A program made the position numbers and the translations under genes. A stretch of 64,000 bases of DNA from Ramazzottius varieornatus (Eukaryota > Animalia > Tardigrada). The stretch is taken from NCBI GenBank assembly GCA_001949185.1, contig BDGG01000014.1, forward strand, positions 899,378 to 963,377, written 5' to 3'. The notes beneath the pieces were generated by a model. That model was not told the origin of the DNA and did not search any database. It saw only the letters and a list, made by a program, of their open reading frames with translations. This document shows positions 12,732-25,390 of the stretch, in pieces (the stretch's first letter is position 1; each line of letters begins with the position of its first letter).

Positions 12732-14529
12732 ATGGTCACCGAGATAATGGAGAACAGTCGACAGGCTCCTACACTGAGTCCTTCGGGCCTGCTTGCGCAA
12801 CAGCACATCCTGAAGCCGTTCAGATTTCGTCTTGTTAGTTCTTCGAACGCGGAAGGCTCGCCATCGGAATCGCCTCTCGACCGCTCAAGAAAATGGATCG
12901 GCTGGGCATTTCACGCCACGGGTTTGTGCTTCGTGTTATTGTGCTGGATCTACTTTCTGTACTATCTGCGTTTCGTTTTCGCCTATGGCAGGGTTGGTCA
13001 GCCTGGAAAACCAGCTTCTCTTGTTGGGCTAGTGACTGATTTACCCGAGTACCTAGTGCAAGTACGAGGGCCGCTGTTGCTTTCGCTGATGTTTTACAAA
13101 GCTCCCCAGATCTCTGGAGTTGTATCTCGTTCTCTTGACCTCAGTCTCCACTATTCCTGTTGCGCAAAACTGCTCAGAAGACGCGGTAGTGTATACGCGG
13201 TTCTCTTGTCGCTGTTGGTGGTGACCATCGAACAAGCACCGTCAATGTACATATGGATCTCTGTCCTATTTTCGACCCCTTCGTTTTCCTCCAAGTTCAA
13301 TCCCAACGTTACCCAAGGACTAGGTGAGGCGCAACCACCCAGCAGTCGGGACCCGATTAAACTGAGTGCTGGGTGGAAATTTGCACTGCATTGGATCATT
13401 CACGCTGGTTCGCATTTTCTCATTGATCAAATTACTCTTCTGCTGGTGGGCTGTTCTCTGGTGGTAAGTAGCGTCTTGAGTCGATTCAATGGCCAAGTAA
13501 ACAAGCTTCGCTTGCCGTCCAACGAGCCCGTTGGTACCATCTGCATGGAAAGACACGCACAGTTTGTTGGGGAACTGGTGGTTTCGTACGAGGAAGTGCG
13601 TCAGCTCTGGAGGAATGTCAACAAGGAATTCATGCTCCTCTTTGCGGCGGTTTTCGGCTTGGACGTTACCATCATGTTGGGCTACGTGGTGTCAACAGTC
13701 TCCATGATAGTGACCGGCGAGGGCTATTCACTGATTTCCTTGTGGAGAGAAACGTCACAAGCAATTTTTGCAGCAGTGCGACTGTTGCTCGTGTCGGTTC
13801 CACTGGTCTTGGTACACGAAAAGGTACACCCACGACGAGAAAATATGGGCCAGTAAAAATTATGGATCAGGCGGAAAAGACGGCAAAATAGCAATTCAAC
13901 CGTAGAAAAGTGTTGAAAAGTGTTGAAAAGTGCGTTAGTGTGAATCAGTCGCGCACGTACATGCTTCCTTACCGCCCTAGCGAGAAGGCGTGGTCCATAA
14001 TTTTTGCGGGATCATAATTTCCCTTCGCGCGCATACAGAATTCGGCCTGGATATCGCTGGTGCTAACAAGACGACGCACGATGATTGTTTGCTTTTCTGT
14101 AGGATGGCACGTTGCAGGAAGAGCTGGTAGAGTACGAAGTGCGAATATTGTCAGTACTCCGTTCTGATCAGGTATGAGTCATTGCTGCGTTACGTTTGTA
14201 AGTGATTGTGTATAGTCTGTATTGTGTTTTATGTCTAGAGCGGAGAGCTGAAATTGTCCATCGATACCTTGCGCCGTCGAATGCGCGATACGTCCATTAC
14301 CTTCCAAGCTGGCGGAATCTTTTACGTTACTCGCAACTCCCTTCTTACGGTAAGATCGAATGTACAGCAGAATGTTTTGTGGCATCTGAGACCCAGTTAT
14401 GAGCACTGACGTGCAACATTTACTGGCATCGTGTAGTACGCAGCAACAGTGATTTGTAAGGGTCTTTGTTCGCAGGCGTTCACGTTAATCGTGACATTTG
14501 CGTTGGTTGGGCGGGACCTCCTGGGATGA
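12732..14529 (+). CDS. Gustatory receptor-like 7TM chemoreceptor, apparently intact
   Basis: Long hydrophobic exon 1 (to 13823), then three short exons separated by phase-0 introns (DGTLQEEL.., ..TFQAGGIFYVTRNSLLT, AFTLIVTFALVGRDLLG*). This C-terminal intron pattern and TM7 motif match the GR/GRL superfamily. Confidence 0.75.
13824..14037. mobile_element. Degenerate MITE starting at the GR intron-1 donor
   Basis: gtacacccacgacgagaaaatatgggccagtaaaaattatgga aligns with the reverse complement of tccataatttttgcgggatcataatttcccttcgcgcgcatac; internal (aaaagtgttg)n. Confidence 0.5.
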
Positions 14530-14974
14530 TAATGGTGCACGTCTAACCCCAGCACGTTCTGTATGAAACTCATATTCCGAAACGAATTACCCAAGAAACT
14601 TATGATTTCTGTTGTTTACCCTCAAATTTTCTTCCATTGACGTGTAATTTTGTTGTCCTAGCAGTTTTCTTTTTTTCTTGGCGGCCGTTTTGGCGCACTA
14701 TCTTCGGCTGAAACACACAATGCCGAAACACCCTCGTTAGTGGTGCACCTTGTCTCTGACAGCATATCCGTAATGTGTTTCAACTTTTCGATAAGTTAAG
14801 ACTGATATGCAATTACGTACCGAGTTCGGTGCTGTACTGTATGCATCACAGTCCGACTGCAAAAACAGCTGATTCAAAGCGTCGTTCGCAGGTTCTTTTA
14901 GTACGATGCCTGTGAAGCGCAAGTTTGCGTTCTTTCGAAAGCGACAGTACCGTCTGGCTCCTTCCAGCTTTGCC

Positions 14975-16366
14975 ATGGCTAGGAAGCACATTTTGTGCAT
15001 CACCATCCCCGGCTACGGTCATCTGACTCCGTTGCTTGCACTGGCCCGCAAGCTCGGCGCTATCCATCAGGTTACCTTTGCGGTGTCAGCTCACACGGCC
15101 AACCAGCTGCAACAGCGCCAGCTATACCATGTCGCAACCGACGGCAAATTCATTCAGCTGTACGGCATTCCCGATGGAATCGACTTTGACTTTGACGATC
15201 CAACTGACCCCACCGTTCTCCAGCGGATCAGCCAGCTTATGATCAGAGGCATCGAACAGCTGGTCGGAGGTATTCCCACCCGCGACACCAAGCACTCTTC
15301 TATTCGAGGAATCGCTGATGCCGTTGACGTGATTATTGCTGACCACAACATCGGACTGAAAGCTACTCAGATTATCGTCGATCGTCATGTGCCCTTGTGT
15401 ACGTTCATTCCTAGTGGAGTATATTGTATCCAGATGGTTCTAGCTTTCAATGAAAAAGCCTACAGGGAACAAAAGTTACCTAAACCGTCGAAGGGTTTTT
15501 TCTCTCTGCCGAACGCGGACGGATACTTCGATGAACCACCCCTCGAGACGTTAGTTCAGTCGGTGATTATAGAACAGAAGGAAGCTGTACCGCTAGCTAC
15601 AGTGCTCATCGTCAACTCGGTGCGTTCGTTCGAGCAGAAGTACATCAACAATTACGAAGCGTTGGATCAGATGAAGGATAAACCGACATTCTGTGTGGGA
15701 CCGCTGCTGTCCGAGGATAAAACCACAACGAAGAACCTCGCAATGGAGGAGAAAGTTCGAACATGGTTATTAGGACGAGAGAAGGCTTCGGTGATTTGCA
15801 TCTCGTTTGGCAGTATTGGTACACCGAGGCCGGAACAACTGAAGGAGCTTTGTAAAACGATTGTGCAATTGGACCAACCGGTTATTTGGTCATTGAAAAG
15901 TAACCATTATGCACATCTCCCCGATGAACTGAAAGCAATGGCACAAGCTGGGTTTGAAGAAGAGATGGTCACGGATAAAAAGGTCCTGTTGGTTTCATGG
16001 GCGCCTCAGAAAATGGTTCTGGCTCATGAGAATGTCGGGCTGTTCGTCAGCCATTGTGGATGGAACAGCACGATCGAGGCACTGAGTGAGGGAAAGCCCA
16101 TTGTGGGATGGCCGCAGTTCGCCGATCAGATGATCAATGCGGAACTGGTGGAAGAGAAGGGGGCGGGCGTGGTTGTGAGGGACGCTGGGATGATGGACGA
16201 TCGTCTGGTGTTGGCTGAGGAAATCGTGGAGAAAATTGTGGCAGCAAGAGGAAAGATGGAAGGGGCGATGGCGCTCGGCAAATGTGTCCGGCAGGCGGTG
16301 GAGCAAGGTGGTTCGTCGTACCGCGAGATTCGGGATTTATTGGATTTCATTGATAAAAATCAATAA
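14975..16366 (+). CDS. Intronless soluble UDP-glycosyltransferase (GT1) with a plant-type PSPG box
   Basis: HILCITIPGYGHLTPLLALARKL, DVIIAD, ISFGS and WAPQKMVLAHENVGLFVSHCGWNSTIEALSEGKPIVGWPQFADQ, ending GGSS. No signal peptide or C-terminal TM. Confidence 0.93.
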   Translation: MARKHILCITIPGYGHLTPLLALARKLGAIHQVTFAVSAHTANQLQQRQLYHVATDGKFIQLYGIPDGIDFDFDDPTDPTVLQRISQLMIRGIEQLVGGIPTRDTKHSSIRGIADAVDVIIADHNIGLKATQIIVDRHVPLCTFIPSGVYCIQMVLAFNEKAYREQKLPKPSKGFFSLPNADGYFDEPPLETLVQSVIIEQKEAVPLATVLIVNSVRSFEQKYINNYEALDQMKDKPTFCVGPLLSEDKTTTKNLAMEEKVRTWLLGREKASVICISFGSIGTPRPEQLKELCKTIVQLDQPVIWSLKSNHYAHLPDELKAMAQAGFEEEMVTDKKVLLVSWAPQKMVLAHENVGLFVSHCGWNSTIEALSEGKPIVGWPQFADQMINAELVEEKGAGVVVRDAGMMDDRLVLAEEIVEKIVAARGKMEGAMALGKCVRQAVEQGGSSYREIRDLLDFIDKNQ

Positions 16367-17555
16367 ATATGCTTAAAGTACCATTGTGCTGTCGCTTTTC
16401 AAGTTTTCCTGGTTCTATCTTACCAGTTTATCAAACAAGAATGTCAGATCTGTTTTAGATGATATGGAAGTTCATCAATCTAACTTTTATGCGGTATGCG
16501 TGGGCGAGCAGGAGCATACGACAGACTGAACTCTCAGAAATGACGTGCTCATCATGAAATCGGTATGCGAGTGGCATTGAGACTTGGATCAAGGGACATG
16601 AATGTCGATGATGGCGTGGTAGAATAAAATCTTTAAAAGGAACCTCGTCTTTTCCCAGACGAGCTGAGCCAAACGACATCAAATGGAAAATATCAGTGAT
16701 GCAATGTTCAATGCGTTGTTGATGCGTTGCCCGAAAAGATAAAAAATTCCGCAGAAAATTCATACTTTGCGGTACAAAATCTCAAGCGACCTTCAAATTC
16801 TCCAATACGAAATGGTTCAAAGATTTTATCGATCCTTCGATAGTTGTTTAAATTTCACTATACTTTTGTATAGCTCTCTGTTTCTACGGCTTTCTTGCCA
16901 CATTTCTTCGAATTTGTCCTGTAAGCGCTTTACCTGGCACAGCAGTCGGACAGATAAAGGTTATTATTATTATTAAGCGGCACTTTTTCCATAGACCGAA
17001 CAACAACAGTAAACTACGCATAGGAGATCTTGATACAAGGTCTGCTGAATATTTGAGACGCACGAAACGAGAACTTTTGGTGCGAAAGCACAGTTTTCAA
17101 CCATAAAAATTGCTTAAAAAATGCTTGGTTTGTTGTGCCAATTGTGAACACCCACACACTACTGATTTTCTCGAAGTTCAAGCGACAAAAAACTTTCAAG
17201 TTCAAGTGAAACTTTCAAGCTTCAAAATTCATATCTTCGTACACGCGCCCCATTTCACTACGAATACCTTCCGTCAGGTGAAAATATTCATCTATATCCC
17301 GTGTGTTTTTTATGCCTCCATGAAAAAGGCTATCAGCTAAGAGCGTTTTGCTCAAGATGCCATCCGGTTGGGAGGGTCATCTTAATAATTTGCTCGCGGG
17401 CCCCTTTGTACAGTACTTTAATCAGTATGATATGCCTTCAGGCAACTGAGACAAAGCTTCAAATTCCTTCAATATAAGGCGGTGCCGGCGTCTTCAGATA
17501 CGTTTTGTATGACCAGCATCAGGTCCGTCACGGTTTCCTGTATGTCCATTCGGCT

Positions 17556-17597
17556 GCAAATGTAATGAACCCAGTCTACTGGGTTCATTACTTTTGC
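17556..17597. repeat. Short hairpin
   Basis: gcaaatgtaatgaacccagt-ct-actgggttcattacttttgc. Confidence 0.7.
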
Positions 17598-18229
17598 GAA
17601 GTACGGACTTCTGCCTCAAGTAAATGATTCCGCGCGTTTATTCTGCTACAGTAAATCATTGTACTTTCATCTGCTGCGCTTCCGCTCATGTTCGCTGGCG
17701 TGATACGACCGTGGTAAGATCTTTGGCTGAGTGGCGCCGTAGCTGCTGTCGAGATAATATGGTGACCCGATACGTGAGGATTGCTTTATTGTTGATTTTG
17801 ATGGAGAACCCATGTTTAACTCACAAACAGATAAACTAATTAAGAATTTACACTAGCAGGGATGCATTATGTACACTGTGTTTGTACCTGTACAGTAAAG
17901 AACATTATTTTCTTGCACGGTATATAGTGCTCATCCTCATGGGACGACTGCGTCGTTCCGAGGTTTTATGGTAGGCGTTCCTTCCAACTCCATTCCATGG
18001 TAATTTATATTACTGCATACATTGTATTTGTCCACCGCAAATAGCTGGAAGCCACCACGCTAAACATGACGAAAGGCGAGCACGTGAGTTGACCATGAGA
18101 TACAAAGCCGGCCTTGATTTTCTTAGAACCAATCATGTTCGAAAGCTGTTGCAGGTGTTCATTGTGACCGAAGATTTTCAATTGACGAACGTGATGAACA
18201 AGACCAATGATAGGAGCCTTTCGAAGTAT

Positions 18230-18465
18230 ACCGCGTCTATGGTGAGCCGGGCGATTCAAAAGTCCACAGTACTTTCTCCACGGGTGTACGCGCGGATAAA
18301 CTCCTTTTTTCCGCGCATCCACCCGCGGACTATGACAAGAGTTTCACCGCGGGTGTACGCGCGGATAAACTCCTTTTTTCTGCGCATCCGATAAAGTCAG
18401 TTTCTCCGCGCATGCGCACGGATGAAATGTATTAGTCCGCGGGTGTATGCGCGGACAAACTGACT
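18230..18465. repeat. Array of alternating-orientation CCGCGGGTGTACGCGCGGA motifs
   Basis: Forward copies at about 18277, 18347 and 18437; inverted copies at about 18311, 18380 and 18406. Confidence 0.7.
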
Positions 18466-18861
18466 CATAATCCTCCCATCGTACTTACTTGCAGTGCGAG
18501 GCCTTCAAAGCAAGCCGTTCCACCGCATTCCTAACTGGTCAAAAAAGTTTTCTGGGCGTATCCACCAAAGTAGCTGGTGAAATTACACCACCAAGCCAGC
18601 TTAGTCTTTTTAAGCCCTTAATGTGCTCCGGGCTCCAACCGAAAGATCGAATTTCAACAACCGACATCACATCGACCACATTTCCAACGGAAAACCGAAC
18701 TCCTGGTTCCGGATCGGCTTTGACATTAACAGCGCAAACAAGCCTGCCCTCCTCCAGAGGGTTAGCCGATTGATTAGCGCATCAGATTTTCTTCTGAGAC
18801 CTTTAGGCTCTTCTGCAATAATACTGAGCGACAATTCGAATAATACACCGCTGTCGACTCG

Positions 18862-19008
18862 TACTGTAATGCTTCTTGAACTTCGCGAATCACGTGATCG
18901 TACGCGTGGAGTTAAACCCCGGTCCGGTGACTATACCCTACCAACCCCCGAGGGGATGTTTTGCCTGTATCGTGACGTGTTTGGCGAAGTTGAAGAAGCA
19001 TTACAGTA
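18862..19008. mobile_element. 147-bp MITE with TA TSD, copy 2
   Basis: Same TIRs and length as 8341-8487. Confidence 0.9.
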
Positions 19009-19459
19009 CGTGACTCATTGTTGTCTGTACACGTTCGCAAACTCATGGTCAGTAATTCAAAGAACGCGCTACCACGGTTGCGTCGTCAACGACATGGATA
19101 GTCTTACAATAAATGTTGCCCACTGTGGGTCTACAAGAGCGTTTACTTATCGGTCCAGCACTAATTGAGACGAAAGCCCCAACTAGTGATTATTAAGCGA
19201 CTCTTCGCTAAGTTCGTGCTGGAACCACGGGCTCGTCCGGATCGATCCTCGAGACTGGACTTCTGGACGAGAAATAAAAGCATTACACACGTGAGAAGTT
19301 CGTAAGAAGATTTCCGTCCTAAGTGGATTCCGACAAGTGCAATGGTATGCTAAAAACCGCGGTCCAAGAGGTGCAAGACCGTGTTCCCTAGTGCATGAAT
19401 GAAGTGCTACAGGTGAGATTCGGCCCGGAAATTTGCACCTTAATTACTCGCATGCTAAT

Positions 19460-20920
19460 TTAATATATCTTTCCAACCAACGCGAAGGTGAATATGAGAG
19501 TGAACGTCTGCAAATTAGGACAACTCACTGTAAAGTTAGTGTTCGGGAGTAAAATAAAAGCTCTGGCCAAAAACAAACTCACCGTTATTACTGACGACCT
19601 GGTGACGTATAATATTTTGGCCACATGAAAGCAGAAGTATGATCCGTCCGTTCGCTTTCGCAGGCTTCTAAGGCTGTTCTTGAGGCTCTTGCCCTGTTAA
19701 TAAGAATTATTGTACCTCGTTATGTACTTTCAAAGTGGGTTACACCGACCTCAGCGGTTCCGTACTGGCAGTAACTTCCGCTCACAGTTCAACAGTTGCT
19801 CCCTTAGAATTGAGGACTGAATTGAGAATAACACGATCGGCAATTTTCGATCTCCCTGATACCCGCTACTGTTCATCGTATTCTTACCTGCTCATATACC
19901 GCCACCAAAGTGATCGCCGAAGCTAGCAAGTGCAGTGCAGTGAAGACCACAGCGGAAACGTTAAGCGTTATAGCATAAGCTATCATCCATGGCTTTCTAA
20001 GATTTGGATCAGGAACACGCAGAGCGCCAACCAAAGCCACCACATGCTCCAGCATGATGGAAACATCTAGGCCAAATGCTGCACCAAGTATGAGCATGAA
20101 ATTACTGTTGATTGCTGTCCAGCAAATGCGAGCTTCGTCGTACAGACCAGTCATATTGTCGATCAATGCAATGTACCCATCAGTCACAACAGTTTTGCCT
20201 TCAGCTAGCGTAAGTTTCTCACACTGCAACTTTCGGTCAATAATCCGGAGATTTCTACACATGATCAGACTGCAGAAGGTCAGAATAACGAGAATTTGGT
20301 CGGTGAGAAAAAAGGAGTAGCCTCTAAACACGAAGTCCAATATGATCGTTTGCCAAAATTTCCTGATTGGCACGTATCCATCGGTCGAATTTATGCACGA
20401 ACTGGACACATTGCTTTCCTCAGCACTAGAGTGGAGGCGAAAACCGGCTACTGCATATGGTGGTGTATACTGTGATGCCAGTAGTACCGCTGACGCTGGC
20501 AAAGGCGGACCAACCTGATCGTTCAACCAGACGCCGACCAGCCTGGTCGCAGGAAGCCACCAGATTCCTCATCAGTTGATAAATCTGCGGGCTCTTTTTA
20601 TAGCATATTGGGACGATCAAAGGTCCGCGCAACTCACGGGTTATGGCGGGGAGTACAGAAATCGCTTCGACCAATTTAAATAGTGATCGCCCACTCTGCG
20701 TCACAAATTAATCCGACAGTCGGTAAATGGAAATGACCCCAACAGGCGCATAGGTACAGCAGACCTATCGAAGACACCAGACACCGGACACCGAGACGAT
20801 TTCATTAGTTTTGTTGCCATGATCGAGTCGGTCTCGAATAATCGATAAAACACTAGGAAGTGATACTGAGGTAAGATGCTTGCTTTAACCGAAGGTGTGG
20901 GACTGGTCGCCGTCATACTT
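19460..20920 (-). pseudogene. Gustatory receptor-like pseudogene
   Basis: Homologous to the 12.7-kb GR (RGPL...YKK.PQI, NFMLILGAAFGLDV, FHVAKILYVTRSS, TFTLIFTFALV) but split over several frames. Confidence 0.75.
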
Positions 20921-22332
20921 AAAACTGCTCCAAACCGAGAGGACTCCCGTTTGAGCAAGATAGTGCTGTTAGTTTACGACATGGGAAGGCCACCGGAGCC
21001 TGCTGTTATCAGACTGCGCGAGTCGTGTACAAAAACTTTCTGGCGATGCCAACTAGGTTTCGAGGGAGATCCCAGCGTAGGCGACGGTACTGCTCTCGGC
21101 CAACGGGCACAGCACTGGTCCGCTCCAATCTATCTCCGGGATTCGCTTCCACGTCTGAAATTGTATACGCCAACCTCAATGCAACAGTTCAACGACGTAG
21201 ACACGGTGCTGAAAGCCAACGCTGTGCGCTGGTACAACCATTTTTCGTTTATTGTCGGAAAACGGACACCGCTGGCATTTGCTGTTTCAGCTGACGCCTA
21301 ATCACCTGGCTACGGAAACATGACGTTGATTACTGCTGGGACAGGATGAAACGAGGGTAAGTAACGTTTAAATCTACATCACTAAGGTCGAGTTTCCATG
21401 TCCGCAAATGCTACAACGATTTCCTGACTGGTACACTTGTCTCACTACATTTCTGACCGTGAAGTAACTACTGATGACCCCATGTCCTGGTCCAACCAAG
21501 TGGCACAGGTGTTTTATAGCCTTACGGTAAGGCTGTCCGCCAGGAAAAGCGAATAATGAACATGTAAAAAGAGATGGTGCGGCTTACTTTATGTGGGACG
21601 ATTCCGATGTCTTCTCTGGTTGTGTTGCAAACGATAGTGGACGCTTGCTTTGTCTAGTTATTCTGAACCGCTTTTCTGTTTGCGGGCAGATTTAGAAGAA
21701 CTTTAGAAGAATCTTTCCACATTTACGAATCCTGTTCGCAGAGAACAGAAAGCGGCTCTTGAACCGACTCAATAAAGAATGTGGCAAAAGATTGATGCAT
21801 TACTGTGTCAACAACTCGCAAAATAACGACTTGACAGTTGAATACGAACTACAGCCCGTTCGGGCCACATCGCTACCACCTTCTAAAAATCAGAGCTCTC
21901 TCCATCGAAACTTTTTCGCGTCGAACATAGCATCCGTAGATAGCAAAAACAATGGCCTATCATAATCAAGAACAAAATTTGGCAAGTTGTACGAGACACG
22001 GCCGTATGACGAATTTTTGTCACAAAGGAAGACCCTCGAAAAAGACGACTTTCGCAGATTTTTAGGCATTTTTTAAAAATCGTTTTCTTGATTTTGTCTG
22101 CTTTTTCTGTGCTGTTAACAGCTAAAATAAATAGAAAAATAACCAGGCTACCTGTGACATGCTTAAAAGCAGAAATATACCGCCCGAATCAGAAGTTATA
22201 ATTTCTGGCGAATGCGTTGACCGTAGATTTTTAGCGGTTCGAGGCGGTGGCAATGGTCGCACCCATTTTATACAAAGTCATGAAACGGCAGGATTTGATT
22301 AGTTGATCCAAACGCGAAAGGTTAGCATTGAC
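20760..22332. repeat. Arm A of a near-identical inverted duplication (arm B 44637-45870)
   Basis: Identical ORF translations on opposite strands (MLALTEGVG.., MNRLNKECG..); direct alignment ends at ggttagcattgac. Confidence 0.9.
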
Positions 22333-22751
22333 TGCGATGGAAGGAAAGTTATTCAGGCCAGGCCAAATGAACTTGCGTGTTTATCCCAAAGTCGAAAGCT
22401 GGTCAACTTTCCAAACACTGGCTCTGTGTCATCGCAATACGTCTGCGTACTGCAGAAGCTTCTCTGAAATTTCATCAAAAGATAATTCGTAGGATTGGTT
22501 TAAGCAGTAATTTTCCATTGGATTACTTTTGCTACTGAGGCTTGTTTTCACGCGGTTCTGCGTGGATTAATAAATCTAAGCCTACCCCAGAAACGGGAGT
22601 GTATAATGACAGTATCAGCGTGGCAATCAGGGTCTGCGAAGGTGCATAAGAATTTACGATTTGCTTCCATGTCGACTTTTGAGCATCACTTTGAGTGGCA
22701 GTGCCAGAAAGCTTGGTGACTGGTCCGCTTCGAATACTTAGAAGTTTCTTA

Positions 22752-25390
22752 ATGGCAGGCGCATCTGCTTTTAACATCACATTCGTGGTAATCAGCATGT
22801 ACCAGCAGCAATGCTACCTCCCAGCTTACGAGGTGGCGATTGCGGAAGCCAACCAGATGTACAAGGGCCACCTACACGCAGAGCTGGTCGCCCTGACTCG
22901 CCCAGATCTATGGAATTGCGCTGCGGTATCGAGTAACACAGTTGATCTAAGCACGGCTTTTTATTATCGGAATATGTCATCACGCCAAAATCCTGCCTTC
23001 ATATCGCCAAGTAATTTACGACTTTCTAATCACAGCCATTTTACAGCCTTGTTCGGAATGCTTTACAGTAAACGAAATTTCCCTCGCGTTGCAGACTGTG
23101 TGGACGTGATGTTGGAAATGCATCCGTTGATGACAGGTAACCAACAGTATCAATACTCTGTGTAGTATTTCTTGAGGGAATGATCAATAGCTTTTTCGAC
23201 GGTTTCTATCATGTTTTTGACAGAGTGGAATGTCCCGATCGTTACCATGTGAGAACATCAGACAGACTTGATTTTGGCTAGAGAAGCAGTAGTTCAGAAT
23301 ATTCTTTCACTTTGTCTGTGTTCCCCCAGAAGTGGCAACAGTCGGAAGCTGAGCGACAAAGAGAAATACCCTACTGTCATTTCTATGAGCCCGTCGGACA
23401 ATTTCATGATGGCCATTTTCGTCAAGACTACCCTGGAACGGTTCCGATGGACAAACGTCTTTCTTCTGTGTGACAAAGGTGACCGCGTGGTACCTTTTTA
23501 CATTGCCATGTGTGCAATCTTCAAAAACCTTCTGCGACCTGCCGATGGACAGTTTACTTTATACGACGTCAGTATCAAATCTGTCGACTCTCACCAAGCT
23601 GATTTGGATCTGATGTTGGAAGAAATTGCTTCGCGTTCACGAGGTACCAGTAAATCTAGATTGCCTCGCTGACGTGTCACCCCATACATTTCTTGCAGTT
23701 GTCATCGTGCTAACCAACGCTGTCGTCATGCGACAGCTGATGGTATGTGCCTTGCAGCCATGCCGCTGCGCAATAGCCAATGCGACAAACCGCTGGTGTC
23801 CGTATGTAGTCCCCGTCATGTAGCCATCGACTGGGGACCGGGTCGGTTTATTCGGGCAAATCCGGCTCTGCTTACGTAACGGCTTAATGGCTACAGCGTA
23901 CGAACACGGCTGACTACCAATTTTAGACGTGACGTCAGGCTCAGCATTGCCATTCCCCAGCTGTTTGTCACGTAAAAATTTTCCAGCGGCAAGGCTGGTG
24001 CCTTGGGAATCTCTGACCTATGTTATTACCCGAGAAGTGAGAATTATGGATATATTTCAGATTCAGGCGCAAAGAAGGAACATGACCAATGGCGAATACG
24101 TGAGTCAATACAAACGGGATCATCCGGAGACACAAACTCAAAAATGTACCTTGACGGTATATATTGTCACTCGTCCCTTTACAGGTGTACTTCTTCATGC
24201 AGCCGTTCTTGCTGCTCAACGTCTTCTCGGACTTTTCCTGGAGATTAGACAAAGACGATGACTTAGTAAAAACATCCAAGTCGGCATTAGCAACTCATTA
24301 CGCAGGCCGCAAAATCAATTGTATTTTTGCAGCTTGCCTTAGAGGCCTTCCGAGTCGTCTTCTACATGATCACCGATACGGAGACTCTTGCACAAAACAT
24401 ACCGACGAATACTCGAGATGAAATGGTCAATCGGATGCAAAGCTATTCGCTCTGCAAAGAACGCACGACGGTAGCCTGTACATACAGTGCATAAAATACA
24501 TTCCTTCCGGTGACCACGTGCTATCAGATATGATTGATTAATGCTATAAGACCAGTTGATCACCTGAAGGGTTGCATTTTGTGCAGTGTACTTATACCGT
24601 AACGTTGGCTTCGCGTTTCTTACTTGTCGCTTTCAGGCAACGGTGGAAATGTTTGCGGCATACGAAGCTGTAACTCTTCTGGCAAAAGTATATCAAAGCG
24701 CCACTTTCCTTTCTCTGTATGAACCTCCGAAAAATCAATCCGGTTCCAGGTTGCTCGCGACATCGTCCAAAAGGCTCGTTTAAATAACAAGCAACCTAAC
24801 TTTGTCGGCACCACGTTTGTAAAAGAATTGTCCAATCGTACGCATGATCTGCTAAGGGAGTCCACCAACTTCGACATAAACGCTTGCAAAATACCTGACT
24901 TCCTGATCAAGCAGTTCAATTCCACGTCGAAAAGTTTCGAGGTATAACCGGTCCGAAAGAAAAGATTGTCCGATATCGACATTACTGAACTAAACCTCCA
25001 TTCGTAGAATGTCATTCTCTTCTGCGGCAAGGACAATACAAGCTCATTTTCGTTCAATCGAAACCTGACATGGCCCGGAGGTCACTTGCCGGAGACCAAA
25101 CCCCGCTGCGGTTTTGATGGATCAAATAATGAATGCCGGACGAACAGTACCGCAACCATATTGGTTTCTACAGTTCTAGTCGCAGCAGTACTGCTTATCA
25201 CCTTGCTTGGCGTTTTGGTTTGCTTCCGGTACAAGTTCAGATTTCTGAAGTTTCTCTAAGGCTTCTAAGATCGATGATTCCTTTCAGATGGGATGAAGAA
25301 AGATCGACTGGGAGCCATGCCAGAGGAGTGCTGCTTTCCTGTGATGAATTAGTTTTCGGCTCTCGATATACGTGTCTGCTGTCTTACTAA
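22752..25390 (+). CDS. ANF-receptor (rGC/NPR-type ectodomain) single-TM protein with short tail, multi-exon
   Basis: PAYEVAI..AN, EWNVPIVT, LSDKEKYPT, RFRWTNV, NMTNGEYV, WPGGHLPETKPRCGFDG..C, TM helix, then WDEE...LLSY*. No kinase/cyclase exons before the stop. Confidence 0.8.
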
